Positions 39,791 to 51,699 of a stretch of DNA of 64,000 nt are shown here, piece by piece; positions within the stretch are counted from its first letter, which is position 1, and every line of letters starts with the position of its first letter. The notes below the pieces were generated by a model. It worked only from the letters and a program-made list of their open reading frames with translations. It did no database searches and had not been told where the DNA came from. The translations under genes and the position numbers were made by a program. The DNA comes from Squalus acanthias (lineage: Eukaryota): contig CM059432.1 in NCBI GenBank assembly GCA_030390025.1, positions 81,222,001 to 81,286,000 of the forward strand, read 5' to 3'.

Positions 39791-40680
39791 GTAAAGGAAA
39801 CATCTTGCCACTGGCCAACTTTGTTTTTCCCTATGAAAACCCACACATTAGTGTCCTTTTTAAGACCCGATGGGAGTGGACGGCAATACAGTACAAGAGT
39901 CTTCTTGGCCTGGCAGATTTTAACTATTGGGTCTCATTTGAATGCTGCTGGTCAGCTTCTCGGCCATTTTGCATAGCGGCCTCCAATCGGCTTGCATATT
40001 TTCAATGTGTAGGGAACATATGTAAATGATGGGGAGGGGCTTGCGTGCTGATATTTGCAAGGCAAATGTTCCCGCAACTGACACAGATGTGCCTGTGCCA
40101 TTTGATGGTCTCACAAAATTGGGGCTCTGGGGTCCAGTGATGCCAGTTGGAAAACTTACGCCATGTAGCACAAAGATCTGTGCCACGGTGCTCCCCAAAA
40201 GATATATGGATTTAAAGGATACGACATAATAGCATTTATCCAACACGCAAGGTTTCATTGGATGAAACAACTGTGTTTATCTTTATTTATTTCCTTGTGG
40301 TTTTGAAATAAGGACATTAAAAAAAGATTGGAAATAAAGCAAACTTTGTATCAGGAAAATTGGGGAGGAAGGATCCAATGACATGGTTACTATATAGAAA
40401 AAGGTCTGAACTTCATTTGTCTCCAGCCATAACTGATCTAGGGCACTTGATGGTGTCACTTGGTGCAAAATGAGGAAACCTTTCATTCCTCAGCACTGCC
40501 ACGTTACCTCAAGTAGTGCATACTCCTCGCAGATTTATTTAATCTGATCTTTCCAAGAGAACAGAATTTTTTGTTAACGCTGAGTAATTTATTACCTTTT
40601 TAAAAAGTAAGTACACTGTAAGTTTTATTAGCAGTGCAGAGCCCTGAAATCTGTGCAGAGTAGTTTGAAACACATTTCAG

Positions 40681-43600
40681 TTTTTTTTAAATTTGTTTAT
40701 GGGATGTGGGCGTCGCTGGCAAGGCCAGCATTTATTGCCCATCCCTAATTACCCTTGAGAAGGTGGTGGTGAGCTGCCTTCTTGAACCACTGCAGTCCGT
40801 GTGGTGAAGGTACTCCCACAGTGCTGTTAGGTAGGGAGTTCCAGGATTTTGACCCAATGACGATGAAGGATCGGCGATATACTTCCAAGTCAGGATGGTG
40901 TGTGACTTGGAGGGGAACTTGGAGGTGGTGGTGTTTTCCATGCGCCTGCTGTCCTTGTCTTTCTCGGTGGAAGAGTTCGCGGGTTTGGGAGGTGCTACCG
41001 AAAAAGCCTTGGCGAGTTGCTGCAGTGCATCTTGTAGATGGTACACACTGCAGCCACGGTGGAGGGAGTGAATGTTTAAGGTGGTTGATGGGGTGCCGAT
41101 CAAGCAGGCTGCTTTGGCTTGGATGGTGTTGAGCTTCTTGAGTGTTATTGGAGCTGCACTCATCCAGGCAAGTGGAGAGTATTCCATCAAACTCCTTACT
41201 TGTGCCTTGTAGATGGTGGAAAGGCTTTGGGGAGTCAGGAGGTGAGACACTCACCGCAGAATACCCAGCCTCTGACCTGCTCGTGTTGCCACAGTATTTA
41301 TGTGGCTGGTCCAGTTAAGTTTCTGGTCAATGATGACCCCCAGGATGTTGATGGTGGGGGATTCGGCGATGGTAATTTCATTGAATGTCAAGGGGCGGTG
41401 GTTAGACTCTCGCTTGTTGGAGATAGTCATTGCCTGGCACTTCTGTGGCGTGAATATTACCTGCCACTTATCAGCCCAAGCCTGAACGTCATCCAGGTCT
41501 TGTTGCATGCGGGCATGGACTGCTTCATTATCTGAGGAGTTGTGAATGGCACTGAACACTGTGCAGTCATCAGCGAACATCCCCATTTCTGACCTTATGT
41601 TGGAGGGAAAGTCATTGATGAAGCAGCTGAAGATGGTTGGGCCTAGGACACTGCCCTGAGGAACTCCTGCAGCAATGTCCTGGGGCTGTGATGATTGACC
41701 TTCAACCACCACAACCATCTTACTTTGTGCTAAGTATGACTCCAGCCAGTGGAGTGCTTTCCCCCCGATTCCCATTGATATCAGTTTTACTAGGGCTCCT
41801 TAAAGCCACACCCGGTCAAATGCTGCCTTGATGTCAAGGGCAGTCACTCTCACCTCACCTCTGGAATTCAGCTCATTTGTCCATGTTTGGACCAAGGCTG
41901 TAATGAGGTCGGGAGCCGAGTGGTCTTGGCGGAACCCAAACTGGGCATCAGCGAGCAGGTTATTGGTGAGTAAGTGCCGCTTGATATCACTGTCGATGAC
42001 AACTTCCATCACTTTGCTGATGATTGAGAGTAGACTGATTGGGCAGTAATTGGCCGGGTTGGATTTGTCTTGCTTTTTGTGGACAGGACATACCTGGGCA
42101 GTTTTCTACATTGTCGGATAGATGCCAGTGTTGCAGCTGTACTGGAACAGCTTGGCTAGAGGCGCGGCTAGTTCTGGAGCACAAATCTTCAGTACGATAG
42201 CCGGGATGTTGTCGGGGCCCATAGCCTTTGCTGTATCTAGTGCGCTCAGCCGTTTCTTGATATCACATGGAATGAATCGAATTGGCTGAAGACTGGCTTC
42301 TGTGATGGTGGGGACCTCAGGAGTAGGCCGATATGGATCATCCACTCGGCACTTCTGGCTGAAGATGGTTGCAAACGCTTCAGCCTTGTCCTTTGCACTT
42401 ACGTGCTGGGCTCCGCCATCATTGAGGATGGGGATATTCATGGACCCTCCTCCTCCCGTTAGTTGTTGAATGGTCCACCACCATTCACGACTGGATGTGG
42501 CCGGACTGCAGAGCTTTGATCTGATCCGTTGATTGTGGGATCGCTTAGCCCTGTCTATAGTATGCTGCTTCTGGTGTTTAGCATGCATGTAGTCCTGTGT
42601 TGCAGCTTCCCCAGGATGGCACCTCATTTTTAGGTACGCCTGGTGCTGCTCCTGGCATGCCCTTCTACACTCCTTATTGAACCAGGGTTGGTCCCCTGGC
42701 TTCATGGTAATGGTAGAGTGAGGGATATGCCAGGCCATGAGATTACAGATTGTGGTGGAATACAATTCTGCTGCTGCTGATGGCCCACAGCGCCTCATAG
42801 ATGCCCAGTTTTGAGCTGCTGGATCTGTTCTGAATCTATCCCATTTAGCACGGTGGTAGTGCCACACAACACGATGGAGGGTGTCCTCAGTATGAAGATG
42901 GGACTTCGTCTCCACAAGGACTGTGCTGTGGTCACTGCCACCGATACTGTCATGGACAGATGCATCTGCGACAGGTAGATTGGTGAGGACGAGGTCAAGT
43001 AGGTTTTTCCCTCATGTTGATTCGCTCACCACCTGTCGCAGGCCCAGACTGGCAGCTATGTCCTTCAGGACTCGGCCAGCTCAGTCAGTAGTGGTGTTAC
43101 CGAGCCACTCTTGGTGATGGACATTGAAGTCCCCCACCCAGAGTGCCCTTGCTACTCTCAGTGCTTCTTCCAAGTGGTGTTCAACATGGAGGAGTACTGA
43201 TTCATCAGCTGAGGGAGGGCGGTAGGTGGTAATCAGCAGGAGGTTTCCTTGCCCATGCTTGACCTGAAGCCATGAGACTTCACGGGGTCCGGAGTCAATG
43301 TTGAGGACTCCCAGGTCCACTCCTTCCCGACTGTATACCACTGTGCCGCCACCCCTGGTGGGTCTGTCCTGCCGGTGGGACAGGACATACCCAGGAATGG
43401 TGATGGAGGAGTTTGGGACATTGGCTGAAAGGTATGATTCTGTGAGTATGACTATGTCAGGCTGTTGCTTGACTAGTCTGTGGGACAGCTCTCCCAATTT
43501 TGGCACAAGTCCCCAGATGTTGGTGAGGAGGACTTCGCACAGTTGACTGGGCTGGGTTTGCCGTTGCCGTGTCCGTTGCCGGTGCCGAGGTCGATGCCGG

Positions 43601-43818
43601 GTGGTCCGTCTGGTTTCATTCTGATTATTTTGTTTCGTAGTGGTTAGTTACAACTGAGTGGCTTGCTAGGCCATTTCAGAGGGCAGTTAAGAGTCAACCA
43701 CATTGCTGTGGGTCTGGAGTCACATATAGGCCAGACCAGGTAAGGACGGCAGATTTCCTTCCCTAAAGGACATTAGTGAACCAGCTGGGTTTTTACGACA
43801 ATCCGATAGTTTCATGGT
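40681..43818 (-). mobile_element. Near full-length single-ORF LINE (APE+RT), CR1 superfamily, T1/Zenon-like
   Basis: PDIVILTESYL, WVGDFNVHH, LDIKAAFDRVW, GVPQGSVLGP, FADD, IYKAQVRSLMEY; stops and frameshifts. Confidence 0.9.
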
Positions 43819-45725
43819 TTAAGTGTGCCTATTATACTTTAAAACTGACATTAAAAGTACAGAGAATTGTGCTCACTCAGAAGGTTTTAGTGATAAAAAA
43901 TATTTTTTTAAATCTCAGCTCCTGTGTGTTGTGTGATTTATAATTCTTGCTTTGACTATTTCTCCTGAACAAGTTACATCAGATGTGATTATCCTGTTTA
44001 AATATAATTTAGCAGACTGGCCTTATTGGAAATGGCTATTGTTTAGTTATGAAGAATAGCACTGTTGGCCTTAATGAAAACTATTTCTGTTCCCTCATAA
44101 GAAATAGTAAAGTTGGCAAACACCAAGTCGGATGGTTTGACGCCAGCCCATATCGTGGGATCCAGAAAACATCTCTGTTTCCATGAGGATTGTCCAAATA
44201 AAGTTTATCTTTTTCATCTGGTATCCAGGTTTTAGACAAGGCAAATCTAAATAATCCTCAAAAATTGACGTCTTAAAGAACATTGTTGAAGTAAGAGGAA
44301 TCAATCACCAGAGTATATATTAAATGAAGAAAAATTCCTTTTTTGAGCAGGATGAGTCATTTTGTGTTCTTTCCTGTTTATCTAACTTGCTGAAGGAATG
44401 CTGGTAACTGCAGAGATTGGTTTATGGCACCTAGCTGGTTGAAATAGGGCCTGCTAGTGATGAATTTGGACAGCTGGAATGGAAAGATCATTGTACAGTA
44501 TCATGCCAAAGCATTAATAAGAAGCAGATGGAAGCAGTGTCCTGTAGTCCCACACCTGCTTGCCTTTATTGTTATATGATGCCTATCATTTGAGAAAATG
44601 AGTGCAGCAAAAGATTTTGGGATTCTACCAAAAGTAAAATATATTAGCAGGAAAACACAGTGTGTGACCTCAGCACAGGTTCAGTACAACCGATAAGCTT
44701 TTCACTCCAGAATGTATTGTTTTAATTGCTCCTGTGGGGCAGGTTGGAGCAGTGTGTTTTCTTATGCACTTTTACAAAAAAAGATTTTGCCTTGAGCTCT
44801 GCTTCATTTAACTTCTCATTTGAACTCTGCAGTGTTGAGCTGCAGCAGACCATTGATAGCACTGACCGTGCAGAGTATCTATAGAGCAAGTGAGCTAATG
44901 TGGCTGGTGTTGCCTAATTACACTGGAAACTTCATTCCCTGGATACTTGTGGACTGAATCAGAGGGGACTCCAGGTATAACTATAACCTTCAGAGCTTAG
45001 ATTTGACTCTGAAGCAAATCTGCAATCTTTCATTTTTTGAGTATTTTCACAGACGGGACTTTTTCCTATAGAGTTCAAACCTTTCAGTATTTACTCGCAA
45101 TGCTTCTCAAGTATATATATGAAGACCTAGAACTGAAGAACCTGTGTGAGGCATGAAGCTTTTTGGTGAATTGAAGTATATAGAGGAGTTTGTCCACATT
45201 CCAGTGCCATTAACCATTTGAGTACATTCAAAACACTCGGGTCTTTTCTTTCTTGCAACATCTGCAAATGCAGTTCTGTAAATTTCTACTGCTGCAGATC
45301 ATTATATAAAACAATGGAAATGGCAGAATATACTTCAAGGATCAGACTAGAATTACATTGTGGAATGCAGAAAAAACAAATATTGAAATTTATGTAACAA
45401 ATTCTGCCCATTTGATAATGACAACGGTAATGGAAATTCATTTAATTTTAAAATAAATTCGTTGGATAATTAATTAAAAATGGTCCAGAATGATCGTTCC
45501 AAAGTTGAAAAGGGCATTCAAAACTTGGATATACTCCATGGGTTGAACTGCTTGAGTTCACACTATTTGTGATTCACAACAAGCAGGGATGAAGAGAGTT
45601 TTACCAAGCGTGGACACATCTTTTTGGAACATCGCTCCTTCCCTGAAGTGGGAGAATTGTCAAAAGATGGTAGAAAAGATCAAGAAACAAAACAATTGTG
45701 ATCTTAAAATCAACATAGAATCATA

Positions 45726-46197
45726 AAGAAAGAAAAGAAAGACTTGCATTTATATAGCGCCTTTCACGACCACTGGATGTCTCAAAGTGCTTTACAGCCA
45801 ATGAAGTACTTTTGAAGTGGAGTCACTGTTGTAATGTGGGAAACGCAGCAGCCAATTTGCTCTCAGCAAGCTCCCGCAAACAGCAATGTGATAATGACCA
45901 GATAATCTGTTTTGGTTATGTTGATTGAGGGAGAAGTATTGGCCAGGACACCGGGGATAACTCCCCTGCTCTTCTTCGAAATAGTGCCGCGGGATTTTTT
46001 ACGTCCACCCGAGAGAGCAGACGGGGCCTCGGTTTAACGTCTCATCTGAAAGACGGCACCTCCAACAGTGATGTCAGTTAGCAATGGACTGGAGTGTCAG
46101 CCTAACTTTATGTGCTCAAGTCCCTGGAGTGGGACTTGAACCCACAACCTTCTGACTCAGAGGCGAGTGTGCTACCCACTGAGCCACGGCTGACACT
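45726..46197 (-). mobile_element. SacSINE1/DeuSINE-like SINE, well preserved, inserted in a CR1 tail
   Basis: tRNA-like head (A box tggctcagtgg, B box ggttcaagtcc), L2-like tail aggcgctatataaatgcaagtc(tttc)n; catagaat CR1 tail on both sides. Confidence 0.85.
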
Positions 46198-46758
46198 ATT
46201 AGAATCATAGAATGGTTACTGCACAGAAGGAGGCCATTCGGCCCATCGAGCCCATGCCAGCTCTCTGCAAGAGCACTTCAGCTAGTCCCACTCCCCGCCC
46301 TTTACCCGTAACCCTGCAAATTTTTCCTTCAGGTACTTATCCAATTCCCTTTTGAAAGCCACGATTGAGTCTGCCTCCACCACCCTTTCAGGCAGTGCAT
46401 TCCAGATCCTAACCACTTGCTGCGTAAAAAAGTTTTTCCTCATGTCGCCTTTGTTTTTTTTGCCAATCACCTTAAATCTGTGTCCTCTGGTTCTCGACCC
46501 TTCCACCAATGGGAACAGTTTCTCTCTATCTACTCTGTCTAGATCCCTCATAATTTTGAACACCTCCATCAAATCTCCTCTCAACCTTCTCTGCTCTAAG
46601 GAGAACAACCCCAGCTTCTCTTGTCTATCCACATAACTAAAGTCCCTCATCCCTGGAATCATTCTCGTAAATCTTTTCTGCACCCTCTCTAAGGCCTTCA
46701 CATCCTTCCTACAGTGCAGTGCCCAGAATTGGACACAATACTCCAGTTAAGGCTGAAC
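46198..46758 (-). mobile_element. CR1 LINE 3' fragment
   Basis: ORF 46282..46701 ALERVQKRFTRMIPG...WNALP. Confidence 0.92.
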
Positions 46759-46868
46759 ATAAAACATAATTTTATGTTTTTTATATTCACGTAACAAAAC
46801 AAATGAGCTATCCTTAAAGTCAATTAATTGTGCATTTGAAAGAAAAAGTTCCATTTATGTAACACTAT

Positions 46869-47535
46869 GGGCTGGATTTTGATACTGGGGCGGGTTGGGG
46901 TCGTGTCATCCACTTTTCGTGTTATCCATCCGACTGCAATTGGATGTGGGAGATTGTTGCGATTTTCACCTAATTGGGCAATTGAGTTCCAGCATGTGGG
47001 AACCCATGAACCAATTAGTGTTTTCAGTCTGAAAGTCACCTCTGATGATGTCATCATTGCTGCTGCATTGAAGGTCTTCAGAGACTGCCTGGCCTTTGCT
47101 GTGAGAGGACCTGGATGCAAAATGAGCAGCAGCAGCCGCAGCCCAGAGAGAGAGAGAGAGAGCCTTCCCTTTGCTGTGAGAGGACCTGAAGGCAGAATGA
47201 GCAGCAGCAGCCCTTGGACCTGCAGCTCATAGTCAGCTTTCCAAATGTGCTCCCGCCAGGTTTCACAATCGTGGTTCAGAACAGGCGTGCTTCACGTAGA
47301 ACAAGGGTTAAAATCACAAAGGCCTTTCAAAATGGCATTATAGAGCCAATTTAGTGCCTGTTAAGGGCCTTAACAGCCTATCCCGCCTCTTAAAGGAGGG
47401 ATGGAGTCGGGACCAGCAGACACGATTTGATGAAAATTGCATGGAGGCGGACTTGTGCCCGCCCGCCAGTTTTCGCAATTTTAACCCCTCACACGCCTCC
47501 AAACCCGCCTCCACGGGTCAATGAAAATCCAGCCC
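46869..47535. mobile_element. Harbinger-type MITE
   Basis: Perfect 12-bp TIR gggctggatttt / aaaatccagccc; TSD TAT/TAT; internal ~45-bp duplication around (AG)n. Confidence 0.9.
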
Positions 47536-48099
47536 TATGTCTCAGAAGCTTCTCAGAGCACTTGATATACAATAATGTCCAGTAATTATAGCAGTGATTA
47601 GAGCAGCAATTTGCAGACAGCAAGATCCCACAAACAGAAATGAGCCAGTTAATCTGTTTTTGGTGGTACTGGTTGAGGAAGAAATATAAGCCTCTTCATC
47701 TTCAAATATTGCCACACTTTCTGCGAAGTAACGCCAGTGGAGCAGGAGCAGCTCCAAGGAATTTCCTGACCGTTATAATTTATAGTCATTTTATTCAGGA
47801 AATTATTTTTTACCTTTTATATATGCAGGAAGAATGGGTGAAATTATCAGACAGATGATTTAATATCTGTGACTTTGGTTTTCTGAGAAAATGTTTATTT
47901 TCTAACAGTATAGTTATTTGATGATTGTCGTGTGGCCAACTTAATAAAATCACATCGTTGGGAAATAAAAATTATTCATAACTATGCTCAGCTGATTCCT
48001 GTGGCAAATTGAGGCAGAGAATGAGACCATAGGGGTAGCTAACAAATGCAGTAACACAAACCCATTAGAACTGACCAGATGTGTACTGGAAAGTCAAAG

Positions 48100-48830
48100 T
48101 ATTCTATCCCCCCTGTGACACTTGGTGGAGGCCTGCAGCTTCCTTATATTCTATGGGCTCCAGGTGCAGGATTTTGAGAGCTTTCTCCTCGTTATTGGGG
48201 CTTTCTCTGGTATGCTGTTGTTCCTGTCGGTTCTGTGGAGTCTTGCTTAACACACTAATACAAAATGTTGAGATGTTGATGTTTGAAGAGCCCCAAACCT
48301 TAGCAATCAATTGCCTACCCTGCATCCGAACGTGTGTGTGAGCCATTGAACATACAACATGCACCTATCTTTTGTTGGAAGCTCACTTTATGGACACAAC
48401 TTCAAAGATTTCCCTGCAACCATATTTGCATATCTCAGTGCCTCCTACAAAGTCTGCCCTGCAGCAATATGATCATGTATGTGAACATGTAAAAGAGCTG
48501 AAAGGTTATTTGATTGTTTTTCATGCCAACCAGGTTGAGAGTAAATTCTTTGTGGTATGCATACCATCACAAATATTTTAGCAAGGCAAATGCTGGGTAC
48601 TCTTATCTTGACAATCTTCGTAAGGCTGCCTAACTTCTAACCCATTTACTCCCAGTCTTTTCCACCAGCTCCTCCCACACACTACAAAGAAGCTGTTTGG
48701 TGAGGACTGTGCCATTCTGCCCCAAAGAGGGCAACTGTCACTTCCTGCACTCACTGCAGATGTGGAGTATCTGAAAACGGGGCCATGCGATTTATTCTTC
48801 TGATGCTTATTTATTCTATGTTCCGCAAGC
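48100..48830 (-). pseudogene. Decayed Myb/SANT (Harbinger) remnant
   Basis: WWKRLGVNG...CQDK and EEKALKIL weakly resemble exons 1 and 2 of the 7399 gene. Confidence 0.3.
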
Positions 48831-48877
48831 AACTAAAAGATTTATTTGACAAAAAATGCTGCCGTGCAAAACCTATC

Positions 48878-49762
48878 GGGGGAAAAATTCGGTTGGTTTG
48901 CGCCTCCAGTTAGCACCCTAAGAGGGCGCTAATGGGGCGCAAAGCAACTAGCACTCAGGTACGGCGATGTTTGCGCCGCTCACGAAATTAACCAGACATT
49001 TTGCAGCGGCGCTAAACACTACCGCCACGATCTCCTGTGCCCGCAGATCATGACGTCAGTCGAACGTGCAACGCCCCGGTAGTGCCCTGGACCGGATATT
49101 GAGTGGCGCCCCCTGCCTTTCCACCTGCCGCTAGCAACGACAGGTAGAGGGGAATGTTTTGCAGTCGAGAAGGGACTGGGGGAGCGCTATTTAAAGGCGG
49201 CCGCTTCCTGCCTTTTTTTGTCTGCGACATTTTTGCACCACGCATTCTGAGAGAGAGAGAGAGAGACTTCTGGAGAGATTCAACACTGTGTGAAGGAGTT
49301 TTGGGTACTGAGCAGTACTTTGCAGGTTCATTTTGATTTGACCTTCCTTACATCGATTTAGAAGAGATTATGGGGGCTGCACTCTGAGCTCTTTCCCTGG
49401 GCCTCTCCATTGTTCTTTCCAGCAGAATTAATGTACAGGTCTCTCCAGGCCGAGATTCAAGGCTGCAATGAGCAGGGTGTGGCTGGAGAGCAACATCGAC
49501 CCTACCCTTTAAGAACTGGTCGGCACCAGTGTGTTTGTCTTCCATTGCTAACTGACATCACATGTGCTTTGCCAGCGCTCTGAGGTAGCGCCTCGCTCCT
49601 CGGCTTAAGAGAAGTGTGTAGCACCTGATTTAGCGCTCAAATCACCTCCAGGGGCGATAGAAGCCAAGTTTGTAGTCGGAGGCGATAATTAGCAGCAGGC
49701 GCTAAACTTTGCGCCCGGCCGATAATTGCGCCCCAAACGGGGCGATACCGAATTTCTCCCCC
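48878..49762. mobile_element. Harbinger-type MITE
   Basis: TIR gggggaaaaattcgg / ccgaatttctccccc; TSD ATC/ATT; tagcgcc subterminal repeats. Confidence 0.85.
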
Positions 49763-51699
49763 ATTGTGTTTTTAATTAGTAGTGCAGGAAATCTCCATCC
49801 CTGCAATCTGTGACTCCCTGTGCCAGGCCCAATCTAGCGAGTAGGTTCACAGGTCGTACTTAAATGCAAAATGCACGTGTTCAGCTTATGAAAAGTCAGT
49901 AAGCCTATTGCTCACTGTGAGGCAGTTGTGTTGACTCTATGCCGGGATTGAAAATTATCCTTTCACAGTGAATCACTTTGACACTGGACATATTTGCAAA
50001 AGGAAGAGCTCTAGTGATCTTCAACATATCATTCCCCTTTGGACACTCACACCCACAAGTTCTGCTAAAATATTTTTCAGTCAGATGCACTTTGTTTAAA
50101 TGGCCTGTCTCCTTGAGTGTTTAAAATAGGTTGAAATAGTCACCTTCCTTTTAAGTTTGTGCATCTGGGAAACCCACAACTGCTGCTGGTGTGGTGACAA
50201 GCACAATCAACACCAAGCAACAGTCAGTAATTCATTGCATACATTACATGGCCTGTTTACTGCCCCATACAACTAACATATCTTTCTGTGGCAGGGAGAG
50301 GTGGAGTGATTGAACATTGTATGACAGTAATCATCTAGATTTATTCATTGGTCTAAAAGGAAAATATAATTTTTATTCTGCCTGATCTCCCAAAATGTTT
50401 GTGATGTCTTAGCATGTTTTTAGTCTTTTAGTTGCACAAAGGGTACACGGTGTAATCTTGCAAGAATGTGTTTTAACTTACGATTTTATGACACCAACTA
50501 TTGCAGTATTTTTTCCTAAACATTACCTATTATCTTAAATATTTAAAGCTTTTACCTCCCAGACCTGTTCTTTGTTGAATTGCTTGCTAAAAGAAACTTA
50601 CCCAGACAGCTGCAGTTAACACAATTGTTAGAGCCGCACATTTCACAGTCACGATTATTCATAAATGACTAAGTTTTAGCAAGTGGGCTTTTGCTTGCCG
50701 GCTCCTTACAGCCAGTAGTAGCTTCCTATAGAGAGGTTAGAGATACAGCTTTTGTTCTGGGCCCTGATAAAATGTGTAATTATGATACCAAGATATCATT
50801 TCGTGAATTAAAAATCAGACTTTGCATATTAATATGAAGAAAAATTTCCAACATTATGGGGGGTGAAATTGACCTTTGCCAGTAGCGTGAAACAGGCTCA
50901 TAGTGAATCGGCAGCCCATTTTAAACTGCGCTCGATTTTCTTTTCCATACTCTGTCTGAAACCTTCAAGGAGAGAAAACAGACCAGATAGCTTCTGTTGA
51001 AAGTCAGAAAATCAAAGGGTCACTAGATAAGAAAATTGGTTGCATCATTGTTCAGCACAAAAGTCACATAATATATTTTCTACTACTCAAAGAACGAGCT
51101 AATCGTAGTACCTACTGTAGAAACACATCTTGATTTCTGCTACTACTCATTTGTTCTTTTGCTGTTCAATTTGTGTGGCAACAATAGCAATCTAGTGCCT
51201 TTAAAGCCGAAAGCCCTGAAATTCCTGGGTTACGTAAGTTGCCAATAATGCCTTTACAGAGCCAGTAATTTCTGATCGGGCTGGGATTCTGGTGGAAAAG
51301 TGCCCCGGCAAAATTTCTGTTCAGTTTTAGGGTGCACTGAGGAAGCGTCGTCCACACTCCCAGTGGCAGCCATATATAGATGGCAGATTATGACAGGATG
51401 ACATCACCAGTCCTAAATGCTAAGTTCTCGTTTCCCATCTGCCCTTGAGAATGTGAACCCCTGTTTAAAAGGCACAGTTTGTCATGACCCATTCAGCAAG
51501 GTGGAGTACTTGCTTGAGGAACACTGCTCACTGAGATTGATTGAGGAGACCTGTGGCCATATCTTGAGACTCACTGCGAGTATTGCAAAAAATGTTCACT
51601 CTTATATTTAGGAAGCCTTTCCCTATGTCCTGCATTACCCTTAGAAAGCGTTCTATTTTGAGACAATTACTGAGCTCGGATCTGAGGGTTACCCATTGG

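Larger units (their letters stand above)
13041..47858 (+). pseudogene. Candidate decayed multi-exon TMEM232-like pseudogene
   Basis: AG/GT-bounded segments at ~13041-13302, 22195-22380, 23700-23804, 23968-24092, 25876-26074, 28711-28891, 33553-33721, 40313-40583, 44102-44290, 47829-47858; translations give collinear motifs resembling recalled TMEM232; many stops and frameshifts. Confidence 0.45.

Noticed and set aside
44300..45700. Possible decayed coding sequence
   Set aside because: No sustained frame or recognisable motif
46125..46197. tRNA gene
   Set aside because: It is the tRNA-derived head of a SINE, continuous with the SINE body and tail
49922..50725. Two minus-strand exon-like segments (49922-50064, 50602-50725)
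   Set aside because: Good splice sites, but no recognisable product and the second has stops in all frames
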